From NCBI GenBank assembly GCA_036381415.1, contig DASVCV010000002.1, positions 20,091-84,090 of the forward strand: 64,000 nucleotides of DNA. The letters are read 5' to 3'. The notes beneath the pieces were generated by a model. It was not told the origin of the DNA and searched no databases. It saw only the letters and a program-made list of their open reading frames with translations. The position numbers and the translations under genes are program-made. Source of the DNA: Patescibacteria group bacterium (GTDB lineage: Bacteria > Patescibacteriota > Microgenomatia > UBA8517). Shown here piece after piece: positions 20,359 through 28,341 of this stretch. Every line of letters starts with the position of its first letter. The first letter of the stretch is position 1.

Positions 20359-21450
20359 ATGTTTGGAATAAAAGATAAAAACTTGGCTAAAAGGAAAGTG
20401 TTTTTGTCTAGAGCTAGAAGAAGATTGTTTAAACATGTTTGGGTTGCAAGAGTGTTTTTAATTATTATTGGCATTTGCTTGCTGGCTATTTTAGGATTTT
20501 TTGGAGTTAATGGACTTAAAGGTACTACCTTTGGCCAATATGTGGGAGTTGGTAAGAATTTTATTTTTCCTCCTAGCGGATTAGTTCCTGAAATTGATGG
20601 GAGGATAAATATTTTACTAATGGGCAAAAGCGGGGAAGGTCAGGACTCACCTGATCTTACTGATACTATGATTCTTGTTTCTATTTCCCAGTCAGACCAT
20701 AAGATAAGTTTAATTTCTATTCCCCGTGATATTTGGATACCTGATTTGCAGGCAAAAATAAACAGCAGCTATTACTGGGGAAAACAAAAATCACAAGGAT
20801 CAGCTCTTGCTGGTATTGTTCTTGCTAAATCAACGGTTGAGGAAATAGTGGGAGTGCCAATACAGTATGGTGTTGTTATTAATTTCTCAGGATTTCAAAA
20901 AGTGATTGATGAGATAGGCGGAGTAGATGTAATGGTTGATAGAGGATTTACTGATACGCAATACCCTTTGCCTGGGCATGAGGCAGATAATTGCAATGGA
21001 GACCCTACCCTGGCTTGCAGATATCAGACGGTTACTTTTAAAGCAGGGCTTAATCATATGGATGGGGCAACTGCTTTAAAGTTTGTTAGGTCAAGACATG
21101 CTCCTGGAGATGAAGGAAGTGATTTGGCAAGAGCACAAAGACAGCAAAAGGTAATTAAGGCAATTATGGAGAAAACACTTAGCCCAGCTACTTTTCTTTC
21201 ACCTTCAAAAATAACTTCATTAGTTGCAATTTTAAATAGTTCTGTAGAAACTGACATGGCTGCTGCTAAGGCTGCAGTAGTTGGACGGTATGTTGTTGAT
21301 GCAAGAAACAATATAGTAACTCATGCAGTTCCAGAAGAGCTTTTGGCTGAAGGTCCTAAATCATATTTATATGGATATCAGTTTGTGTTTTTGCCAAAAA
21401 AGGGAGATTGGTCAGATCTACAAAAATGGGTGAAACAAAATCTTCCTTAA
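20359..21450 (+). CDS. LCP (LytR-CpsA-Psr) family glycopolymer transferase
   Basis: INILLMG, LTDTMIL, SIPRD, KINS, FVRSRH, SDLARAQRQQ; single TM. The start is uncertain (20254 or 20359). Confidence 0.9.
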   Translation: MFGIKDKNLAKRKVFLSRARRRLFKHVWVARVFLIIIGICLLAILGFFGVNGLKGTTFGQYVGVGKNFIFPPSGLVPEIDGRINILLMGKSGEGQDSPDLTDTMILVSISQSDHKISLISIPRDIWIPDLQAKINSSYYWGKQKSQGSALAGIVLAKSTVEEIVGVPIQYGVVINFSGFQKVIDEIGGVDVMVDRGFTDTQYPLPGHEADNCNGDPTLACRYQTVTFKAGLNHMDGATALKFVRSRHAPGDEGSDLARAQRQQKVIKAIMEKTLSPATFLSPSKITSLVAILNSSVETDMAAAKAAVVGRYVVDARNNIVTHAVPEELLAEGPKSYLYGYQFVFLPKKGDWSDLQKWVKQNLP

Positions 21451-21452
21451 AT

Positions 21453-22577
21453 TTAGAAAGCCCATTGGCCTTTGACAAAAAGAACGGAGAAATAAAGTAG
21501 AAGACAGGAAAAGATTAATACCAAAGGTATAAACACTATTTTTCTTTTTGAAATTAAAGCAAGAAATATAAACAAGGGAGGGATTGAAAGAAGGTATCTT
21601 GGAGTGCTTAAAAGAAAACTTGTTGAGGTAATAAAAAGGATAGAAAGAATATAATAGACCCAGTCTCTTACTTTTAATTTTTTAATTATGAAAGGAATAA
21701 GAGCAAAACATAGAATGGCAAGTCCCCCTTCAAAAAGACCAAGCATGAGTGAATCATGAGTCAGAGGTATTTTAAGAAATCCTAGACTGTTTTTTATACT
21801 AACCCATGGAAAATCAAGATGTTTGTACCAATGAGTTTCTAGAACTTCTTTAAAAGCAAAGATTTTACCAAACAATAACCAATTAACAGCAAGGTAAGTA
21901 GAAATAGAAATAATGAATGGAATTGTTATCAGAACTGAGAGAAGAATTTTTTTCTTTAAATTAATTTTTTCTAGTAGTAAAGAAACAAAAAGAGTGGGTA
22001 GTGTTATTAAGCCCATTGTTCTTGTTAAAAAGGTCAGTGCTCCCGAAAGAGAGGACTCATACCAATTTTTGTTTTGAGAAAAGAAGAAGCAGGATACTAA
22101 AAGGAAAAAGAATAATGATTCTGTATATCCAATTGAAAAAAAGTATGAAGTCGGAAAAATATTAAGAAGCACAAGAGATTTTAAGGCAGTTTGTTCATCG
22201 TAGTCTTTTTTTACAAGAAGGTAGAATACTAAACTTCCTAGAATGAAGAAGAAATTGGATACTAATAAAGCTGAAGTAAATACGTTTTTAATTAGCAAAT
22301 TAGCAAAGGTTACAATTGCAGGATATAGAGGTGGGAAAACTATGAAGTTTGCTTCATCTCCACTTGTTCCATACCAATGTTGGGTTATATATAAATAGTG
22401 AGGAGTGTCCCATCTGTTCCAGGTAGAGTCCAGAAGGATGGGTTTATGTGTTTGATAGCCAACTATTAAAAGGGGAAGAATAAGAATAACAATTCTTCCT
22501 AATCCTATTAGAAGAGCAATGGAGATAAGTTTATGTTTTTCTGACTGTAGTTTAAGCCTTTGCATTAAATGTCTCAT
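21453..22577 (-). CDS. GT-C mannosyltransferase (PIG-V/GT76-like)
   Basis: RWDTPHY, FPPLYP, FPTSYFFSIGYTESLF and STPRY motifs. Confidence 0.8.
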   Translation of the reverse strand: MRHLMQRLKLQSEKHKLISIALLIGLGRIVILILPLLIVGYQTHKPILLDSTWNRWDTPHYLYITQHWYGTSGDEANFIVFPPLYPAIVTFANLLIKNVFTSALLVSNFFFILGSLVFYLLVKKDYDEQTALKSLVLLNIFPTSYFFSIGYTESLFFFLLVSCFFFSQNKNWYESSLSGALTFLTRTMGLITLPTLFVSLLLEKINLKKKILLSVLITIPFIISISTYLAVNWLLFGKIFAFKEVLETHWYKHLDFPWVSIKNSLGFLKIPLTHDSLMLGLFEGGLAILCFALIPFIIKKLKVRDWVYYILSILFITSTSFLLSTPRYLLSIPPLFIFLALISKRKIVFIPLVLIFSCLLLYFSVLFVKGQWAF

Positions 22578-22595
22578 GCTTTTATACTAAATTCT

Positions 22596-25151
22596 ATGCT
22601 GGGGAAGAAATTTAAACAACTTATTATTCCCAAGAATCTCATTTTATCAGTTTTATTTGTACTTGGAGTAAGGCTTGCCTTTTCACTTCTTCCTAGTTTT
22701 CAGATAGATATGGGGACTTGGCTTGCATGGGCAGGAAGGCTTCGTGATTTAGGGTTTGATAAATTTTACTCTGACACTGTTTGGACTCAATATACTCCTG
22801 GATATTTGTATTGGCTTTGGGTTATGGGAAAGACAGGTATTATTTCAGAAGTTGCAATTAAACTACCAGTAATACTAGCTGATATTGGAGTGGGAGTAAT
22901 TATTTGGAATCTAGTCAGAAAGGTTGGCAAGAATACTGCACTTGCTGCATTTTTTGCATATACGCTTAATCCTGTTGTGATATTTAACGGATCAGTTTGG
23001 GGACAAATTGATGGGATATTTACTTTGTTTTTATTTTTGGCAGTTTATTTGATTAATGAGAAGAAAAGTGTTGTTTTGGGATGGAGTATGTGGGCAATTG
23101 CATTTTTAATAAAGCCGCAGGCTTTTGCTATTTTGCCTTTTCTAGTTCTAATAACTTTAAAGAAATATACTATTAAACAAATTCTAAAAGCAGGGATAGT
23201 TACCCTTCTTCTAATATTGGCACTTTCTATTCCATTTTTCCCAACCAATCCAATCTTTGGGTTACCAGATCTAATAAATAAAATGAGTCTTTACTATCCT
23301 TATACTTCTGTTTTTGCTTTTAATGTTTGGACTTTGGTTGGAATGTGGAAGGCAGACAGCACTACTTTTTTGGGAATACAGTATTTTTATATTGGAATTG
23401 GGATGTATGCTCTTTCACTGTTGTTTCTTTTTTGGAAATTTAGAAATAAATTGGATGAGCAAAAGATAGTTTATTTAGTTGTTGCACTTTCATGGATTGC
23501 TTTCTTTTTGTTTCCAACAAGAGTTCATGAAAGATATCTTTTCCCAGCATATGCATTTTTAATTACAGGATCAGCTCTTTCTAAATCAAAAGCATTATCT
23601 ATTTTTTATGTAGTACTTTCTTTTTTAAACTTTTTAAATTTATACCATCCATATGCCTACTATGCTCAGAATTATTTGGTTTCCAAATGGTTGCTTGATT
23701 TTACTGGGAGTGCTTCAGTTTCAATTGGAATTGGAACTTTCTTAATCTTTTTGGCAATTTCATTTAGCGAGAGATTTAAATTCTTGGAAAAAATAAATAT
23801 TTTCTCAAAGAAAAATAGACGTACAATAAAAAATGATTCTAAAGCGGGTAGATTAGGGAATATTTTTATGGGAGGTAAGGATTATGTATTGGGAATGAAA
23901 AATTTGGAAGTTAAGAAAGTAAATTTGCCTCATATTAAATTAACTAAAAAACAAATAAATATCCTTTTAGGAGTAGTAATTGCATTTTCTTTTGTAACAC
24001 GAGTATTTATGTTAGCTAATCCACCTCAGGAATATTTTGATGAGGTATATCATGCATTTACTGCAAGGCAAATGCTGCATGGAAATAAAATGGCTTGGGA
24101 GTGGTGGAACACACCCCCTGTTGGGTTTGCATATGAGTGGACACATCCACCTTTAGCTAAAGAAGGAATGGTTTTGGGAATGTTGGTATTTGGAGAAAAT
24201 CCATTTGGATGGAGAATACCTGGAGCACTTTTGGGGGTGGGAAGTGTAATACTTATCTACTTAATTGCCAGAAAACTTTTTGAGGATGATTTGGCAGGAG
24301 TACTTGCAGCAGGAGTATTTAGCTTAGATGGATTACCCCTTGTACTATCTAGGATTGGGATGAATGACAGCTACTTTTTATTTTTTGCGCTGACTTCAAT
24401 TTATTTTTACTTAGATAATAAAAATAGACTATTTAAAAATAGTAATAACTTTTTGGCTGCATTAACATTTGGGTTGTCCCTTGCTTCTAAATGGAGTGCT
24501 TTATGGGCCATTCCTATCTATGTTGCAATACATTTTCTTTTAAAGAGAAAATTAACTATCTCATATCTGTGGTTTTTGGTCTTACCTCCTTTAGTTTATG
24601 TTGCAACCTATATTCCCATGTTTATCAGCGGACATAATTTCTCAATATTTATTGAGATGCAAAAACAGATGTGGTGGTATCACACTAATTTGCGTGCCAC
24701 TCACCCGTACACATCTCCCTGGTGGAGCTGGCCATTTTTAGTCAGGCCAATCTGGCTTTATACAAGCGGAAGATTAGGAGACACTATTTCAAACATCTAT
24801 GCGATGGGGAATCCAGTTGTATTTTGGTTTGGATTAGGGGCAGTTGTTGTAACGGCAGTGAAAGGGTTAATGGAAAGGAGCAAGAAATTAATATTGGTTG
24901 CATTTGCATATTTAATTTTCTTTGTACCTTGGGCACTATCTCCAAGAATAATGTTTTTGTACCACTATCTTCCTTCAATTCCATTTTTGGCAATTGCAAC
25001 TGGGTATGTTTTAAGAAAGCATAAAGAACTCATTGCTCCTGTATTTATTGTAGGACTTGTTACTTTTATTTACTTTTACCCACATTTAATTGCAATGAAA
25101 GTTCCAGTTGTATTTGATTCTTCATACTATTGGTTTGATAGCTGGAGATAA
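22596..25151 (+). CDS. Fusion of a GT87/ALG-like GT-C domain with a protein O-mannosyltransferase (PMT, GT39) domain
   Basis: N-half: WGQIDG, IKPQ, VHERY. C-half: YFDEVYH, HPPLAK, GWR, SKWS, HPYTSPWWSWP, GNP, MFLYHYLP. Confidence 0.85.
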   Translation: MLGKKFKQLIIPKNLILSVLFVLGVRLAFSLLPSFQIDMGTWLAWAGRLRDLGFDKFYSDTVWTQYTPGYLYWLWVMGKTGIISEVAIKLPVILADIGVGVIIWNLVRKVGKNTALAAFFAYTLNPVVIFNGSVWGQIDGIFTLFLFLAVYLINEKKSVVLGWSMWAIAFLIKPQAFAILPFLVLITLKKYTIKQILKAGIVTLLLILALSIPFFPTNPIFGLPDLINKMSLYYPYTSVFAFNVWTLVGMWKADSTTFLGIQYFYIGIGMYALSLLFLFWKFRNKLDEQKIVYLVVALSWIAFFLFPTRVHERYLFPAYAFLITGSALSKSKALSIFYVVLSFLNFLNLYHPYAYYAQNYLVSKWLLDFTGSASVSIGIGTFLIFLAISFSERFKFLEKINIFSKKNRRTIKNDSKAGRLGNIFMGGKDYVLGMKNLEVKKVNLPHIKLTKKQINILLGVVIAFSFVTRVFMLANPPQEYFDEVYHAFTARQMLHGNKMAWEWWNTPPVGFAYEWTHPPLAKEGMVLGMLVFGENPFGWRIPGALLGVGSVILIYLIARKLFEDDLAGVLAAGVFSLDGLPLVLSRIGMNDSYFLFFALTSIYFYLDNKNRLFKNSNNFLAALTFGLSLASKWSALWAIPIYVAIHFLLKRKLTISYLWFLVLPPLVYVATYIPMFISGHNFSIFIEMQKQMWWYHTNLRATHPYTSPWWSWPFLVRPIWLYTSGRLGDTISNIYAMGNPVVFWFGLGAVVVTAVKGLMERSKKLILVAFAYLIFFVPWALSPRIMFLYHYLPSIPFLAIATGYVLRKHKELIAPVFIVGLVTFIYFYPHLIAMKVPVVFDSSYYWFDSWR

Positions 25152-25290
25152 TTACTTCTAGAGAGTAAAAGGGAATTAGGGTGGTGGCTTCAACCATTTT
25201 AGTTCTTTTAGTTTGGTAAATACTAAATTTATTGTTCTAGAGGTACAACACAAAATAATTAAGCAAGTCTAAGACTAGTTAATAGAAGTG

Positions 25291-26019
25291 TTAGAGAGCT
25301 AGTATTACTGCTCCTATTAGAAGGACTATACCTCCTGCAATTGCAAGCCAGGTTGGAGTTGATACTCCAGCTTGTGGAAGAGCAGGTGCAGGGGTTGCCA
25401 CTGTTGGTTTTGGTGTTGCAACTACAGTGGGAGTTGGGGTGGCAAGTGCGACAGGCGTAGGTGTTGGAGTTGCGCATACGCAAGTTGTGCTTGTAGTACA
25501 TGATGGGTTTCTACAAACACCTGTAGTTCCAGAAGTTATATAGCAGGTCATTCCAGACTGACAGTTTGCATCAGATCCGCAAGTTCCACCGCATGCATTG
25601 GGTACCCCTGGCGTTGCAGTAGGAGTTGGAGTTGCAGTCGGGGTTGGTGTTGCAGTTCCTGAGGGAGTAGGAGTTGGAGTTGCAGTTGCAGCAGTAATGG
25701 CAAAACTTGTTGTGCAGATACTTGAAGTGGCTGCACATGCACCATTTACGATGTTTTGTCCTGAAGGACAACAATAAACTGTTGAACCATTAGCTGGACT
25801 TATACAAGAAGTAGAGCCTGCAATGCTGGTTGCATTACAATTTAATCCTGCAGCACATTGTTCTGCTGCTCCAGGTTTACTGGTGGGTGCAGTTGGTGCA
25901 ACTGATTCTTGTCTTAACTGATATAGCCTTAAAGCAGTAAATACTGCAATTCCTGCAAGAATTACAGTTGCTCCTAGTATTAATATTGTTACTAAATTTT
26001 TCTTTACAAATGCTTGCAT
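25291..26019 (-). CDS. Cys-rich surface protein B' with LPQAG sorting signal
   Basis: N-terminal TM, one 6-Cys and one 8-Cys module, (TP)n linkers, LPQAG plus C-terminal TM; paralog of 27616-28332. Confidence 0.85.
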   Translation of the reverse strand: MQAFVKKNLVTILILGATVILAGIAVFTALRLYQLRQESVAPTAPTSKPGAAEQCAAGLNCNATSIAGSTSCISPANGSTVYCCPSGQNIVNGACAATSSICTTSFAITAATATPTPTPSGTATPTPTATPTPTATPGVPNACGGTCGSDANCQSGMTCYITSGTTGVCRNPSCTTSTTCVCATPTPTPVALATPTPTVVATPKPTVATPAPALPQAGVSTPTWLAIAGGIVLLIGAVILAL

Positions 26020-26023
26020 ATTA

Positions 26024-27520
26024 TTAGAACCATTGGTTTAGAACTTGATGATGTAATTGTCCTGAAACTGTGAAATTGGTGATATTTGTTGGTATTGTGT
26101 ATTCTTCATAGAAATCAGCACTGCTTGGACGCTTAGTGGCTACTTCAGGTTGCAAGGTTCCATTAATAGTGAATCTTGCTTTATCAAATACTCCAGAGGT
26201 TGTTGTACCTGTAAGTGTAAAGCGTATTTTATCTCCTGGTTTTAAAGCCGAAAGCTGAGTTGTGGTTAGAGGATTCCAGTTAGTGTCATAAATTTGTATT
26301 CCAGTGCATGTTGCGGTTGGAGTTGGACCACAGGCTTGTTGTACTTCAGCAGCGGTTGGGTTTGCTCCTGATGAGTTAAGAACATATGAGTTTCCTTGGT
26401 CACGAGCAACGCAGTTATTTGTTGTCCATCCAGTAGGAAGTGTGTCTGGGACGCAATATGTGGTGTTGTTTGTCCCTGTTCCTACTGTACAACTTGGTCC
26501 AACTATGTATCTACAAACTGAGCCTGTTTGACAAAGGCCAAGAGATGCACTGCATGGATTTCCACAGGCATTTAGGCTACTGCAGTCGCAGTTTCTTCCA
26601 GGAATGGTTTTTCCAATACAGCTTGCATTTTGACAGATCCCTGCAACGCATGTAACAGTTCCACCATTTCCTGCAGCAGCGCAGTCACTTGTTTGAGTAC
26701 ATGCCTGTCCACAGGTTGGTTTAGGAGTGGGAGTAGGTGCTGATCCACCTGCACAAGTTGAAGGATTCCAAACACATGCTCCTTGGGGATTTCTTTGACA
26801 TTCCGAGCCTCTTTCTCCTACACCTGCTTCAACACAAGAGCAGCTTCCGCAAGCTCCCCATCCTGGCTGGATTGTTGGAGCTGGGGCTGTTGAACTTGTT
26901 GGAGTAGGTGAAGGTGGGACATAACCGCTTGTGCTACATTGTCCAGATGTAGCTGCGGGACAACCAGACTGGCATCCACAAGAGCTGTTTTGGGATACAC
27001 AATTTACAGTTCCGTCAGAATTGTAGAAACAATTATCGCATTTGTTTGCATTGAATTTATCTCCACATCCAGCAAATCCTCCAGGAGTGTTGTTTGATGC
27101 TCCGCCACAGGCGTCAAGTCTAACACAAGGTCCGTAAGTGTTGTTTGCTTGGCATACTACTCCTGTTCCAGCTCCATTACATTCAATACAGGATTGTTCA
27201 CCTGGGTTAACACATGATGCTCCTGGTGCTGCGCCTCCACCAGCTGCCTTCTGTTTAAAAATTTGCTGTTGTTGAACTAGGAGTAGTCCTGCTCCAACTC
27301 CTACTACTAAGAGAACTAGTCCAAGAATGGTTGGAATGAGTGCCCTTCTTCTGGGTGACGGTGGGGCAAAGTCTGTTTGTGGTGGAGTTGTAATGTTAGT
27401 GTCAGCTGGTCCTCCTGCACCTGTTTCAGGAGGAGTTTCTGTTGGAAAAGTTGGATTTGTCCCTGGGTCACTTGGCGCGATTGTGTTGGTGGAATTTTGA
27501 GGGCTGGTATTATCTTGCAT
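26024..27520 (-). CDS. Cys-rich surface protein A' with C-terminal Ig-like domain
   Basis: P/T-rich N-terminus, RRR+TM, five Cys modules, beta-rich C-terminal domain; paralog of 28342-30033. Confidence 0.85.
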   Translation of the reverse strand: MQDNTSPQNSTNTIAPSDPGTNPTFPTETPPETGAGGPADTNITTPPQTDFAPPSPRRRALIPTILGLVLLVVGVGAGLLLVQQQQIFKQKAAGGGAAPGASCVNPGEQSCIECNGAGTGVVCQANNTYGPCVRLDACGGASNNTPGGFAGCGDKFNANKCDNCFYNSDGTVNCVSQNSSCGCQSGCPAATSGQCSTSGYVPPSPTPTSSTAPAPTIQPGWGACGSCSCVEAGVGERGSECQRNPQGACVWNPSTCAGGSAPTPTPKPTCGQACTQTSDCAAAGNGGTVTCVAGICQNASCIGKTIPGRNCDCSSLNACGNPCSASLGLCQTGSVCRYIVGPSCTVGTGTNNTTYCVPDTLPTGWTTNNCVARDQGNSYVLNSSGANPTAAEVQQACGPTPTATCTGIQIYDTNWNPLTTTQLSALKPGDKIRFTLTGTTTSGVFDKARFTINGTLQPEVATKRPSSADFYEEYTIPTNITNFTVSGQLHHQVLNQWF

Positions 27521-27535
27521 TTAATTTTTTATGAA

Positions 27536-27597
27536 TATGAAGCTAGTCATTTCTAGCCCTATACCCATCATAGAAAGAGCTAGAGCTGGTGTCAAGT
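27536..27597 (-). repeat. 62-bp duplicated remnant of the 3' end of the 30045-31382 gene (duplication junction)
   Basis: 57/62 nt identical to 30069-30130 by manual alignment. Confidence 0.9.
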
Positions 27598-27615
27598 AAA
27601 TTGTTTGTAAATTCT

Positions 27616-28332
27616 TTAGAGAGCAAGTATTACTGCTCCTATTAGAAGGACTATACCTCCTGCAATTGCAAGCCAGGTTGGAGTTGATACTCCAGCTTGG
27701 GGAAGAGCAGGTGCAGGGGTTGCAACTGTTGGTGTAGGAGTTGCAACTGCAATAGGTGTAGGAGTTGGGGTTGGTGTTGCACATACGCAAGTTGTGCTTG
27801 TAGTACATGATGGGTTTCTACATACTCCTGTAGTTCCAGAAGTTATATAACAGGTCATTCCAGATTGACAGTTTGCATCAGATCCGCAAGTTCCATTACA
27901 TGCATTTGGTGCTCCAGGTGTTGGAGTAGGAGTGGGTGTAGGAGTTGGAGTTGGTGTAGGTGTAGCTGTTGCACAAACACAGTTTGAGTTTGATGCACAG
28001 GATGGATTTACACAGATGTTGTTTCCAGATACTGTTTGGCAAGTTAGACCAGTTGGACAATTTGATTGACCACCTGGAGTAGTACAAGCTTCATAGCATT
28101 GAGGTACTGGTGTAGGAGTAGGAGTTGGTGTTTCAGCAGTAAGTGTAAAGGACAGTGCTTGGCAAGCAGGGTTTACTTGAGCACCTGGATTACTAGTAGG
28201 AGCAGCAGGAGAAACAGACTCTTGTCTTAACTGATATAGCCTTAAAGCAGTAAATACTGCAATTCCAGCAAGTATTACAGTTGCTCCTAGTATTAATATT
28301 GTTACTAAATTTTTCTTTACAAATGCTTGCAT
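27616..28332 (-). CDS. Cys-rich surface protein B with LPQAG sorting signal
   Basis: First 40 aa identical to B'; two 8-Cys modules ending CxNPSCx5CxC; LPQAG plus TM. Confidence 0.85.
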   Translation of the reverse strand: MQAFVKKNLVTILILGATVILAGIAVFTALRLYQLRQESVSPAAPTSNPGAQVNPACQALSFTLTAETPTPTPTPVPQCYEACTTPGGQSNCPTGLTCQTVSGNNICVNPSCASNSNCVCATATPTPTPTPTPTPTPTPGAPNACNGTCGSDANCQSGMTCYITSGTTGVCRNPSCTTSTTCVCATPTPTPTPIAVATPTPTVATPAPALPQAGVSTPTWLAIAGGIVLLIGAVILAL

Positions 28333-28341
28333 ATTATTTTT

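Noticed and set aside
27521-27808. 95-aa alternative-frame ORF ending in the duplicated TM remnant (frameshift anchor swap)
   Set aside because: It is a shadow frame of the Thr/Pro/Ala codons of gene B; the remnant has a Glu in the TM and lacks the PxxG motif, and no slippery site is evident.
25400-28130. ggagttggtgt-type repeats as a CRISPR array or VNTR
   Set aside because: They are in-frame (Thr-Pro)n codons with synonymous variation; there is no repeat-spacer periodicity and no cas gene.
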